A stretch of 64,000 nucleotides of DNA. It comes from an uncultured Acidimicrobiaceae bacterium (GTDB taxonomy: Bacteria; Actinomycetota; Acidimicrobiia; Acidimicrobiales; Bog-793). The notes below the pieces were generated by a model that did not search any database, was not told the origin of the DNA, and worked only from the letters and a program-made list of their open reading frames with translations. Positions 8,891 to 17,973 of the stretch are shown piece after piece. Position 1 is the first letter of the stretch. Each line of letters begins with the position of its first letter. The position numbers were made by a program, and so were the translations under genes. The DNA is taken from positions 75,269 to 139,268 of the forward strand of contig CAWKGD010000005.1 in NCBI GenBank assembly GCA_963849105.1. Reading direction: 5' to 3'.

Positions 8891-8908
8891 TTTCCGACGT
8901 CGGAAAAC
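8891..8908. promoter_or_regulatory. Perfect 18-bp palindrome TTTTCCGACGTCGGAAAA between ssrA and the MFS gene
   Basis: Seen directly in the sequence, 44 nt after the tmRNA 3' end and about 165 nt before the MFS start. It could be a hairpin or an operator. Confidence 0.3.
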
Positions 8909-9072
8909 GCCTTCACGTGCTCGCTTCTAGACGCGCGACTCGGTGTCAATCCCCATCCCGTACAGTCACGGATTCGAGCGGTTGCCAGGAGTGCCGACGA
9001 CACAACTCCGCCCGGGGCAAGCGTTGATTCCCTTTGGTTGACAGTCCCAAGGACGACGCCGGAGGCAGCGAC

Positions 9073-10539
9073 GTGGCGAGTCCCGGAAACTCCAACGGCT
9101 CAACGCCCGGGAGCGAGCAAGGCGCGGCCCCCGGGACAACGCAAGCAGGAACCGCGCTTCTCGTCACCCTGGCGATGGCCCAGTTCATGGTCGTGCTCGA
9201 CTTCACGATCGTCAACGTGGCGCTTCCCTCAATCCAGCACGGTCTCCACGTCGCGACGACGACCTTGCAGTGGCTAGTGAGCGCCTATGCGGTCACCTTC
9301 GGTGGTTTCCTGTTGCTCGGTGGTCGGCTCGCCGACATGTTCGGCCGAGCGAGGCTGTACCGGGTCGGGCTGTGCATGTTCGTCCTCGCCAGCATTTCGG
9401 GGGGGCTCGCGACCGAGCCGAGCCTCCTTCTCGCCTCAAGAGCGGTCCAGGGTCTGGGTGCAGCGCTGCTCGCTCCGGCGGGGCTCTCGCTGCTCGTCAC
9501 GAGCTGGCCGGACGGACACCAGCGAAGCCACGCGCTTGGGGTGTACGGCGCCGTTGCCTCCGCCGGCTTCGCCGCCGGCGCTGTGATCGGCGGCCTGCTC
9601 GTCGAGGCGAGCTGGCGGCTCGTCTTCTTCGTCAACGTCCCCGTCGGCGTTGTGTTGCTGGTTGCATCGCGCCGCCTCCTCCCGTCCGATCCGCCCCGCC
9701 GTTCGGGACAACTCGACGTCCAGGGGGCATTCGCCGCCACCGCCGGCGTGGCCCTGCTCGTGCTCGGGGTGGCAAGGGCCGGCCAAACCCTGCGGCCGAC
9801 ACAACCAGGCCTCGTCGTTGGCGCCGCACTCGTCCTGCTCGTCGTGTTCGTCGTGCGCGAGCGCAGGACGACTGCGCCGCTGCTCGATCTCAACTTGCTC
9901 AAGGACCGCGGCATCCTCGGCGCCAACGTGTGCCTTCTCGCCTTCGGCGCTTGCAACGCCGGCGAGGTCCTCCTCGTCACGCTGTACCTCCAGGAGGGTC
10001 GGGGCCTCAGCCCGCTGTTGACCGGGTTGTGCTTCGTGCCGCAGGCGGTCGGGGCGTTCGCCCTGGCGGGTCCCGCCTCGCGCCTGATCCCCACTCTCGG
10101 GCCGCGCCGCGCGCTCGGGGCAGGGATGTCGCTCTGCCTCATCGCGCTCGTGGGCTGCGCCCTCAGCGTCGACCATGGGTCGTTGGTCGGGCTGCTTATC
10201 GCGCTGTTCTTCATAGGGATCTCCGCCCGATTCATCCAAATTGCCTCGACGTTGGCAGGGACTCGCGGGCCCGTCGCCGCCAGGGCAGAAGGCAGCGCAA
10301 GCGCGCTCCTCACTTCTTCGCGCCAGGTCGGCTCGGCGCTCGGCGTAGCTCTTCTGTCGGCGACGCTCGCTATCGCAAGCGGAAGCGGAAGCGCGCGCAC
10401 CGAGGCGGCGATGCTCGCTGCCGCCACATTTGCGTTCCTCGGCCTGCTAGCGACGCGTGTAGTTCCGTCGGGTCCGGCGCATCCGCTCGCGCCGCGTCTC
10501 GAGCACCTCTTCGCGCGACATGCCGGAGGGCTTCCTTGA
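9073..10539 (+). CDS. MFS transporter, DHA2/EmrB-like (14-TMS drug:H+ antiporter type)
   Basis: Sequence: ...LAMAQFMVVLDFTIVNVALPSIQHGL...LQWLVSAYAVTFGGFLLLGGRLADMFGRARLY, followed by many hydrophobic spans. Start set at GTG 9073, preceded by GGAGG with a 7-nt spacer. The track ORF begins at 9034. Confidence 0.85.
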   Translation: MASPGNSNGSTPGSEQGAAPGTTQAGTALLVTLAMAQFMVVLDFTIVNVALPSIQHGLHVATTTLQWLVSAYAVTFGGFLLLGGRLADMFGRARLYRVGLCMFVLASISGGLATEPSLLLASRAVQGLGAALLAPAGLSLLVTSWPDGHQRSHALGVYGAVASAGFAAGAVIGGLLVEASWRLVFFVNVPVGVVLLVASRRLLPSDPPRRSGQLDVQGAFAATAGVALLVLGVARAGQTLRPTQPGLVVGAALVLLVVFVVRERRTTAPLLDLNLLKDRGILGANVCLLAFGACNAGEVLLVTLYLQEGRGLSPLLTGLCFVPQAVGAFALAGPASRLIPTLGPRRALGAGMSLCLIALVGCALSVDHGSLVGLLIALFFIGISARFIQIASTLAGTRGPVAARAEGSASALLTSSRQVGSALGVALLSATLAIASGSGSARTEAAMLAAATFAFLGLLATRVVPSGPAHPLAPRLEHLFARHAGGLP

Positions 10540-10583
10540 TGCGGGAACGGACTGGTGCGCGAAATATGCAACCGAGAGGAATC

Positions 10584-10844
10584 ATGAGCTACACGGGAGC
10601 AGAGGTGTCGAAGGCAACTGTCGCTATGGAGAAATACAGGGGCACCGCAGAGGGAGAGGTCGGTGCCGCACTGGTCGTCGTGGGCTTCAGCGCAGAACGA
10701 GCAGATAAAGAAGCCCGAATCCGAGACGACATGATTCGAGTTGCACACAGCGCCGGTGCTTCGATCCGTCAGCTCGCTGAAGTCTCTGGACTCGGCCGAA
10801 AGACCGTTACGGCCATAGTTGCTTCCGACACTTCTTCGCCCTGA
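10584..10844 (+). CDS. Small hypothetical protein with a C-terminal helix-turn-helix-like segment
   Basis: MSYTGAEVSKATVAMEKYRG...AGASIRQLAEVSGLGRKTVTAIVASD. GAGAGGA lies just upstream of the ATG. It is the only protein-like tail of the otherwise Arg-rich artefactual ORF 9270-10844. Confidence 0.45.
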   Translation: MSYTGAEVSKATVAMEKYRGTAEGEVGAALVVVGFSAERADKEARIRDDMIRVAHSAGASIRQLAEVSGLGRKTVTAIVASDTSSP

Positions 10845-10885
10845 CTGACCGAGCTCCGCGTAGGAAACCCTCGTAGCGTTTCGAC

Positions 10886-10987
10886 GTGGCGGCGGTGGCG
10901 AAGCACGACGCGTTTCAGAAGCGCATCACGCTGCTCGACTATCAGCCCGAGATCTGGCGTCGCTTCGATGGCCGCATCGGCCGGTGA
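10886..10987 (+). pseudogene. 33-codon relic resembling the start of a pRiA4b ORF-3-like (PF07929-type) domain
   Basis: VAAVAKHDAFQKRITLLDYQPEIWRRFDGRIGR*. The motif (Y/F)QxxITLLDxxPxIWRR is the remembered family opening, and a stop follows immediately. Confidence 0.3.
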
Positions 10988-11131
10988 CGTGCGCGGTCCA
11001 GGATCCATCTCCCTCGAGGTACGTGGCGTCCGCGCGCGTCGATCGCCTACGAGCGGTCGACGGATATGACGACGATCGTCGGCTCGGTTTCCGAGATGAA
11101 CCACAAGCGCGATGCCACGCAATCGCCGAAG

Positions 11132-12367
11132 TCAGTGGTGCGCCTCCCAGGAGGTCTCCTCGCCAGCGACGTCTTGAAGGAGGTTGCCGAGGGCCAGCCC
11201 GAACTCAGAGTCGTGGTAGCCCCACGTCGCGCCGGTTCCGGCTGCGGCAGTGCCCTCGCTCACGACCGGACGGACGTCCTTTTTCGTGGCGAGGCTGGAC
11301 ACCTGGAGCCAGGTCGCACCACCTCCCTGGTCACAACGGGCCGAATAGAGGTTTGGGTACGTGACCCACGGTGTCGACACCGACACCTTGAGGTTCGTTT
11401 GCGTGAGCGTGAGGTCGTACGGCGCGAGATCGGCCGGGCCACCGCCGAGCGCCGCGGGATTCACACACGCGATCTGCTCGCCCTGCTTAGCGGTCTGTCC
11501 CGACTGGAGGCTTACCCCTTGCCCGGGTCGGCCGAACACTGAGTCGACCGGCGGCTCGGAGGGATAGGAGGAAAAGGCGATCGCGCAGCCGGTCTCGGTC
11601 GCGCTCTCGCACAACGAGACCTTCGTGAAGGTTGCACCGACAGTTTTTCCCGTCGGAACCTGGAGGTTGCCGCCAACAATGATCGCGACGACGAGACGGC
11701 TCAAAACCGATGGCTCGTTGTCGATCTCGGTCGAGATGAGATGGATGAGGATTGCCGAGCCCTGCGAATCGCCGATCAGGATGATCGGGCGGTTGTCATC
11801 GTCACGGGCGAGAAACGTCTGCCAACTCGAAAGAAGGCTGGCGTAAGCGACGGTGAACGTCGAGCGCATCACAGTCTCGTCGCCGGAGAGACCCTTCTCA
11901 ACGCTCGCCCAGGTCTGGGAGCGATAGACCGGTGCCCACACATTGCAGACCCGGGAGAACGGAGCAGCCTCGATGACGGCGGCGCCGACTTCGCCTTTGG
12001 TCACATTGAGATCGGTGTTGCCCGCCTGCTTTTCGCTGACCGTCGGGTAGACGTAAAAGCAATCGAATTTCGACGCCACCGGAGAGCTCGGCCACGTCGC
12101 CGACTTTTGCGAACCGTTCGCCTCGACCGCCGTCACTGCGAGCCCGTACGCGCAGGGGTCCTCGGAGGCGCCGGGTCGGCACAGCCAGACCGGGTTGGTT
12201 GACCTTCCCGACGCAGCTGCGGTCGAGCCCGCGAACGCGTCGCCCGTCGTGCCGAGGGCGACGACCAACGTCGCGCCGCAGACCCCGAGAACGAGACGAC
12301 CTCGACGTCGAACCCCGTCCGCGTTGCTCCCGTTCCCCCGCCTTCTCCTTGATCGCCACATGTGCAT
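11132..12367 (-). CDS. Secreted DUF3089-like alpha/beta hydrolase
   Basis: 411 aa. It has a signal-like N-terminus (LVLGVCGATLVVALGTTGDAFA), FDCFYVYPTVS, and a nucleophile-elbow-like IILIGDSQGSAILIHL. Confidence 0.75.
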   Translation of the reverse strand: MHMWRSRRRRGNGSNADGVRRRGRLVLGVCGATLVVALGTTGDAFAGSTAAASGRSTNPVWLCRPGASEDPCAYGLAVTAVEANGSQKSATWPSSPVASKFDCFYVYPTVSEKQAGNTDLNVTKGEVGAAVIEAAPFSRVCNVWAPVYRSQTWASVEKGLSGDETVMRSTFTVAYASLLSSWQTFLARDDDNRPIILIGDSQGSAILIHLISTEIDNEPSVLSRLVVAIIVGGNLQVPTGKTVGATFTKVSLCESATETGCAIAFSSYPSEPPVDSVFGRPGQGVSLQSGQTAKQGEQIACVNPAALGGGPADLAPYDLTLTQTNLKVSVSTPWVTYPNLYSARCDQGGGATWLQVSSLATKKDVRPVVSEGTAAAGTGATWGYHDSEFGLALGNLLQDVAGEETSWEAHH

Positions 12368-12372
12368 AGGTT

Positions 12373-12390
12373 ATCCAATCTTGATAGGAT
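12373..12390. promoter_or_regulatory. Imperfect 18-bp palindrome (putative TetR operator) in the 30-bp divergent intergenic region
   Basis: ATCCAATCTTGATAGGAT is self-complementary at 14/18 positions. It lies between the DUF3089 start (12367) and the TetR start (12398). Confidence 0.45.
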
Positions 12391-12397
12391 CGTCTAG

Positions 12398-13054
12398 GTG
12401 GAACACGATGTCGACCGTCTGCCCCGACGCCGACTGACGCAGGCCGAGTCGAAAGAGCGCACCCGCCGGCAGCTCCTCGCCGCCGCAGCAAGGGTCTTCG
12501 CCGAGAAGGGGCTCGCCGGGGCGTCGCTCGAGGAAATCGCGGAGCTGGCCGGCTATACGACCGGGGCGCTCTACTACCACTTCGCCAACAAAGAACAGCT
12601 CTTCTTGGAGCTGTTGCGGACGGGGTGGTCCCGCCAGATCGCCAATTGGGTCGACGCTGTTAGCAAAATCATCACCGAGGAAGCCGGCGACCCCTTCGCG
12701 GCGCTCTCTCGATTCGTCGTCGCCCGAGCGGCGCGAGAAGGCGAGCTCGAGCCCCTGCAAGGTGAGTTCTGGCTCTATGCCCTGCGCAACCCGGAGGCGA
12801 TGGCGATCGTTGCCGAAAAACTGCGCGAACAAGTCGGTGGCCTCCTGCCGGTGATCACCTCCGTGATGCAACGAACGGGCAGCGCGCCCGGGCTCACTCC
12901 CGAAGAACTGACGACGGTTTGCCTGGCGCTGTTCCAAGGTCTCGTGCGCAGGCGTCGGATCGATCCGGACACCGTTTCCGAAGACCTCTTCGCCCGTGTT
13001 CTCCGGCGGCTCTTCGTGCCCAGCTCGGGATCGGTCGCGTCACCACTTGCTTGA
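12398..13054 (+). CDS. TetR/AcrR family transcriptional regulator
   Basis: 218 aa: TRRQLLAAAARVFAEKGLAGASLEEIAELAGYTTGALYYHFANKEQLFLELL (TetR_N HTH). Confidence 0.88.
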   Translation: MEHDVDRLPRRRLTQAESKERTRRQLLAAAARVFAEKGLAGASLEEIAELAGYTTGALYYHFANKEQLFLELLRTGWSRQIANWVDAVSKIITEEAGDPFAALSRFVVARAAREGELEPLQGEFWLYALRNPEAMAIVAEKLREQVGGLLPVITSVMQRTGSAPGLTPEELTTVCLALFQGLVRRRRIDPDTVSEDLFARVLRRLFVPSSGSVASPLA

Positions 13055-14065
13055 TGCGGCCCAAATGTTGATGCTGCCATCGGTTGCGTAACGGTCGATG
13101 GCGGCGAGCTCGTCGTTCAAAAAGGATGTCTTCGCGAGCGCCGCAACGTTGGCGTCGAGCTGCGCCACGCTGCTCGCGCCGATGAGCGCCGAAGTCACCC
13201 GGCTGTCGCGAAGCACCCAGGCGATGGCCATCTGGGCAAGGCTCTGACCTCGGCCCCGCGCGATCTCGTTCAGGGCGCGGATCTTGGCGAGGTTCTCCTC
13301 CGACAGCATGTTCGGATCGAGAGAACCACGCCGCGCGGCGCGGGAATCATCGGGGACGCCGCCGAGGTAGCGGTCGGTGAGCATGCCCTGGGCGAGCGGG
13401 GAAAAGACGATGCAGCCCGTGCCGAGTTCCTCGAGGACATCGAGCAAACCGCCTTCGATCCATCGGTTGAGCATCGAGTACGAGGGCTGGTGGATGAGGA
13501 GAGGAACGCCAGATGCCCGGAGCAAAGCCGCTGCATCACGGGTGCGTTCCGGCGAGTAGGACGAGACCCCCGCGTAGAGCGCCTTTCCTTGGTGCACCGC
13601 CGTCGCGAGCGCAGACATCGTTTCTTCGAGAGGTGTCTCGGGGTCGAAGCGATGCGAGTAGAAGATGTCGACGTAGTCAAGTCCCATGCGCCGCAGGCTC
13701 TGATCGAGACTCGCCAAAAGGTATTTGCGTGAACCCCACTCGCCGTACGGTCCGGGCCACATGTCATAACCCGCCTTCGTCGAGATGACCAACTCGTCGC
13801 GGTATGGAAGAAAGTCTTTGCGAAGAACGGTGCCGAACGACTCTTCGGCGGAGCCATACGGCGGCCCGTAGTTATTCGCGAGATCGATGTGCGTGATACC
13901 GAGGTCGAACGCCCGTCGCAGGATGTCCCGGCTCAATTCCAACGGACGCTCGCCGCCAAAGTTCTGCCACAAACCGAGCGAGACCTCGGGCAGTTTCAGC
14001 CCGCTACGCCCAGTCCTTCGAAACCGCATGCCTTGGTAGCGGTTGGAAGCTGCGAGGTAGGACAT
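13040..14065 (-). CDS. Aldo/keto reductase, YghZ/Kv-beta-like (L-glyceraldehyde-3-phosphate reductase type)
   Basis: 341 aa: MRFRRTGRSGLKLPEVSLGLWQNFG...FDLGITHIDLANNYGPPYGSAEE...DIFYSHRFDPETPLEETM. Confidence 0.88.
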   Translation of the reverse strand: MSYLAASNRYQGMRFRRTGRSGLKLPEVSLGLWQNFGGERPLELSRDILRRAFDLGITHIDLANNYGPPYGSAEESFGTVLRKDFLPYRDELVISTKAGYDMWPGPYGEWGSRKYLLASLDQSLRRMGLDYVDIFYSHRFDPETPLEETMSALATAVHQGKALYAGVSSYSPERTRDAAALLRASGVPLLIHQPSYSMLNRWIEGGLLDVLEELGTGCIVFSPLAQGMLTDRYLGGVPDDSRAARRGSLDPNMLSEENLAKIRALNEIARGRGQSLAQMAIAWVLRDSRVTSALIGASSVAQLDANVAALAKTSFLNDELAAIDRYATDGSINIWAASSKW

Positions 14066-14236
14066 TCCTGGCTCCTTCGACTGGTCTCCGATCTTTATCC
14101 TTCCGTCAGCGCGCCACGGCGTGCACGTTCGTCGCTTTGCGTGCCCGCGCTCTCCTTGCTCCGGCGCGTTCTTCGCAAGCTCAAGATCGCGCCAGCTAGA
14201 CGGCTCCCTCCGTGCGCCGATGGTCTCAAGCCAAAT

Positions 14237-15679
14237 TCAAACGCTCGACCAGATCGCCTCGGCCGCACGCCTTCGGCCCTCTTCGAATGCCGCCTCGTTC
14301 AACGAGATCATTGCCGACCGATCCTGTAACGCCGCTCGAATCGATGACAGGAAGGTCTGCACCGGAAACACCGCTGTCGCTTCTTGCAGGGCCCCGAGCG
14401 CAACGATGTTCTTCACGACCGTCGATCCGAGGTCCCGCGCGATCGTCGTGCACGGCACGCCGACGACGCGGACGCTCTCGGCGAGACCTTCTGGAATCGT
14501 GTCGATCACCGCAGTGTCAACGATGATCATGCCGCCGGGGCGGACCAACGCGCCGAACCTCGCCAGGCTCGGCGCGTTGAAGGCGACGAGAACGTGCGGA
14601 CGCGGCGCGGAGGGCGAAAGCACCTCGCTCTCGGCGATGTGAACGTCCGCGTACGACGTCCCCCCGCGGGACTGCGGCCCGTAGCTCGGGATGTGCGTCG
14701 CATCGAATCCCTCGTTGATCGCGCAGTGCGTGAGGACCATCGCCGCCGTCTGGGCTCCGTCTCCCCCGGCGCCAGCGAACTTGAAGCTGATGTCCTCGCG
14801 ATCGAGGTGACACGGAAAGCCGGCCGCGAACCGCGGTGGCGTCGCGATTGGCGCCCCGATCGCCTCGAGCAGCGGCTCCCCCGCGTACGACGGCGACGGA
14901 ATCGCCGGGTACCCGGCCCTCTGCGATATGTCCTTTTTGATACCGAGCGGGAAGACCGGCTCCATTTCGTCTCGCACCCAGTTCTCCGCCTCTTCGGGCT
15001 CGAGACCCCAGTGGAGCGGGCATTCGGAGAGCACCTCGATGAAGGCGAAGCCCGCGCCGTTCACCTGGAATTCGAGCGCCCTTTTGATGGTCCGCTTGGC
15101 GTGTGTTCGCCGCTTGTTGTCGTAGAGCGCGACGCGCTCGACGAAGACGGGACCGTCGAGAGAAGCGATGAGCTCGGCCACCTTGAGCGGCTCGCCCGCG
15201 AAGCGCGTCCGCCCCATCGGCGTCGTCGTCGTCTTCTGTCCGAGCAATGACGTCGGAGCCATCTGGCCGCCAGTCATCCCGTAGATGGCGTTGTTGATGA
15301 AGACGACCGTGATCGGGATCCCCATCTGGGCAGTGCTCACGATCTCGGCCAGGCCGATCGATGCGAGGTCACCGTCGCCCTGATAACAGATCACGATCGA
15401 ATCGGGGTTTGCCGTCTTGTGACCGATAGCGACCGCAGGCGCCCGGCCGTGCGCAGCCTGGGTGTTGCCGACGTCGAAGTAGTAGTAGCTGAAGACCGCG
15501 CAGCCCACCGGCGAGACGAGGATCGTGCGGTCTTGGACGTCGAGCTCGTCGATCGCCTCAGCAAGGAATTTCTGCACGATCCCGTGCCCGCAACCCGGAC
15601 AGTACGTCGTCGAGTGCGCGTTGACGCCTTGCGCCCGTTCGTGACGCTCGAACTGTCGGTAGAAGACCGAGGTCGGCAT
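14237..15679 (-). CDS. 2-oxoacid:ferredoxin oxidoreductase, fused beta (TPP-binding) and gamma subunits
   Basis: MPTSVFYRQ...STTYCPGCGHGIVQKF...GDGDLASIGLAEIV... (beta), then FKFAGAGGDGAQTAAMVL...SYGPQSRGGTSYADVHIA (gamma). The ATG at 15679 overlaps the upstream stop (TGATG). The 75 Arg-rich residues upstream in the track ORF were rejected. Confidence 0.85.
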   Translation of the reverse strand: MPTSVFYRQFERHERAQGVNAHSTTYCPGCGHGIVQKFLAEAIDELDVQDRTILVSPVGCAVFSYYYFDVGNTQAAHGRAPAVAIGHKTANPDSIVICYQGDGDLASIGLAEIVSTAQMGIPITVVFINNAIYGMTGGQMAPTSLLGQKTTTTPMGRTRFAGEPLKVAELIASLDGPVFVERVALYDNKRRTHAKRTIKRALEFQVNGAGFAFIEVLSECPLHWGLEPEEAENWVRDEMEPVFPLGIKKDISQRAGYPAIPSPSYAGEPLLEAIGAPIATPPRFAAGFPCHLDREDISFKFAGAGGDGAQTAAMVLTHCAINEGFDATHIPSYGPQSRGGTSYADVHIAESEVLSPSAPRPHVLVAFNAPSLARFGALVRPGGMIIVDTAVIDTIPEGLAESVRVVGVPCTTIARDLGSTVVKNIVALGALQEATAVFPVQTFLSSIRAALQDRSAMISLNEAAFEEGRRRAAEAIWSSV

Positions 15680-17082
15680 CAGCGCTCCTTCCCCAGCGAG
15701 ATCACGTGCTCGACGATTTCCGCCTGCGAAGGGAGCACCCCTCCCATCCGCCGTACCGAGGTGATACGCGGAGGGGCGTGCACACCGGCATGGCTGAACG
15801 CGAGACGCATTTCGTCCTCCAGCTGACCGGCGCTCGCCTCGACGACGACAAGCTCTGCGATGCCGGGGGTCAATTCGGTGAGCGCGGCGATCGGGAACGG
15901 CCAAAGCGTGATCGGTCGGAACATTCCGACCCTGATGTCACGTTCGCGAAGATCGCGAATCGCGCCTTTCGCGAGCTGCGCGGGGGTGTTGCAGGCGACG
16001 ATGACGATCTCCGCGTCGTCGCAGCGGTACAGGTCGGCGCGCTGTTCGTGCTCAGCGATCTGCGCGTACTTCTCGTTCAGTGACTCGTTGTGGGCTTCGA
16101 GATCCACCTCGTCGAGGTTGATCGACGAGATCAAATTGCCGCGGTGCGAACGGTCGCCGACAACCGCCCACTCGGGTACGCCAGGCACGACGAACTCGGA
16201 GGGGAGTCTTACCTTCCCGGTCATCTGGCCGAGGTAGCCGTCGCCGACGATCACGACGGGATTGCGGTACTTGAACGCGAGATCGAATGCGAGCATCGAT
16301 AGGTCGAGCATCTCTTGGGGTGTCGCCGGCGCGAGAACGATCGCGTGGGTGTTGCCGTGGCCAAGGCCGCGGCAGGCGAGCTTGATGTCCGACTGCTCTG
16401 GTGCGATGTTCCCGAGCCCCGGCCCGCCGCGCATGATGTCCACAAAGACCGCCGGGACCTCGGCTCCCACCATGTAGGAGATTCCCTCGAGCATCAGGCT
16501 GAACCCGGGCGAGCTCGTGAAGGTCATGCACCGGCGCCCGGCGCCCCCCGCCCCGTAGAGCATGTTCACGGTCGCGACCTCGCTCACCGCCTGGACGAAG
16601 ACCCCGCCGAGATCGGGGAGGACCTTCGCCATCAACTCGGCGCCTTCGGTCGACGGGGTGATCGGATAGCCGAAGACGTGACGGCATCCAGCGAGCAGCG
16701 CGCCGGCGGCGGCGGCGTACGTCCCTTTCACGACGAGCGGCTCGCGCTCTGGAAGCGGCAACCACCGGTCGGGGATCGCCTCAGGGACCGGGACGTCGAA
16801 GGGGCGAGGGCCAAGGAGCTTCGCCGGATCGACCGGGGCGAAGGCCGCCTCGTCGCCTTCTGGGCGCAACCCGTAGGGCTCCGGACACGCGTCGATGCAC
16901 AGGTCGCATCCGTTGCAGTCCGTGAGGTCGAGAACGACCGGAGTCAGCCCGGTCAGCGGGTTGATCTCGGTGCCGAACGCGATGCAGTGCTTCGGACAGG
17001 ACGCGATGCAGCGCCCACAGCCCTTGCAGTATTCGGGCACAAGGAACGGCATCGCCCGCTCGACGACACGCGCGTTCATCAA
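15679..17082 (-). CDS. 2-oxoacid:ferredoxin oxidoreductase, fused delta (2x[4Fe-4S] ferredoxin) and alpha subunits
   Basis: N-terminus CKGCGRCIASCP...CNGCDLCIDACP (two Cys clusters), then GYPITPSTEGAE...AVSEVATVNMLYGAGGAGRRCMTFTSSPGFSLMLEGISY (alpha). Confidence 0.85.
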   Translation of the reverse strand: MMNARVVERAMPFLVPEYCKGCGRCIASCPKHCIAFGTEINPLTGLTPVVLDLTDCNGCDLCIDACPEPYGLRPEGDEAAFAPVDPAKLLGPRPFDVPVPEAIPDRWLPLPEREPLVVKGTYAAAAGALLAGCRHVFGYPITPSTEGAELMAKVLPDLGGVFVQAVSEVATVNMLYGAGGAGRRCMTFTSSPGFSLMLEGISYMVGAEVPAVFVDIMRGGPGLGNIAPEQSDIKLACRGLGHGNTHAIVLAPATPQEMLDLSMLAFDLAFKYRNPVVIVGDGYLGQMTGKVRLPSEFVVPGVPEWAVVGDRSHRGNLISSINLDEVDLEAHNESLNEKYAQIAEHEQRADLYRCDDAEIVIVACNTPAQLAKGAIRDLRERDIRVGMFRPITLWPFPIAALTELTPGIAELVVVEASAGQLEDEMRLAFSHAGVHAPPRITSVRRMGGVLPSQAEIVEHVISLGKER

Positions 17083-17277
17083 AGCGCCGACTTTCTCGAA
17101 CTCGTCGAGCGAGGCGCACCCATCAGGTTCATCGTCGGTCCGCTGACCTCGGCGGACTAGGTCCGATCGGCCGCCGCGTCTGGGACGAAAGACCTCAATC
17201 CGGTATCGAGCCGGCCCTGTGAGGTGGGATTCTCGGTTCGGACCGTGGACGGGCCGGCGGAAGGCAGGTCGGGTACG

Positions 17278-17701
17278 TCAGCCGTCGACGATGCGGGCCT
17301 TCAGCCGCTCGAACTCGTCCTCACTGATCACACCGCGGTCTTTCAACGTGGCGAGCCGTTCGAGCTCGCTTGCTGCGCTGCCGTGGCCGACGACGCCATC
17401 GACGTACTGACGGAACGCTTTCTCTTGGGACGCTTGGTCCTGTTGCGCCTGCACCCGCATCTCGTCGCCGTACAGCACCAGATAGAGCAGGATCCCGAGC
17501 TGCCGGCAGGACGATCACGAAGAAGACCCAGAACGCCTTCAACCATCCCTTCATGTCGTGACGGCGGAACAGGTCCGTGATGATGATGAAGATCAGCCAG
17601 AGCTCGAGGAGGAACAGAAAGAACCACAAGATGTCGAGCACGACCTGCCCGGTGCCCCACGTCGTCGCGAATACCGGCTGCATCTCGTCCATCGGTCGCA
17701 C
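17278..17701 (-). pseudogene. PLDc_N-domain membrane protein with a C-terminal SHOCT domain, split by a 1-nt frameshift near 17503
   Basis: Frame A reads ...WFFLFLLELWLIFIIITDLFRRHDMKGWLKAFWVFFVIVLP and then nonsense. Dropping one G of CCGG (17503/17504) continues it as QLGILLYLVLYGDEMRVQ...LERLATLKDRGVISEDEFERLKARIV (SHOCT). Confidence 0.7.
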
Positions 17702-17973
17702 CTTTCTCTTGAGAGAGTCGTGGTCCGTTCATTTCCGGTTCACGAATCGATCGGGCACTTACGCGCTCAGTGCGGTGATCATTCTCGCGACGGTGCCGAC
17801 ATTCGATCGCAGAACTCACAAGGCCCCACGAGGCTCAGCCGTCCCCAGGGCATAATCGCCTCGTGTCGCCACAGCATCACGCTTCGGACAGCTCTGACCA
17901 AGAGCGCCACGCGTGGACGCCGACCGGTGATGACATCGTGGGCTCCTCGCGCCGAGAGCATGAGCGCGATGAC

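Noticed and set aside
9270-10844. Very long ORFs overlapping the MFS gene in other frames (524 aa on the plus strand at 9270-10844, 487 aa on the minus strand at 9285-10748, and others)
   Set aside because: Their translations are Arg/Pro/Ser/Ala-rich low-complexity strings typical of off-frame reading in high-GC DNA. The MFS frame has the real family motifs. Only the last 86 codons (10584-10844) look protein-like.
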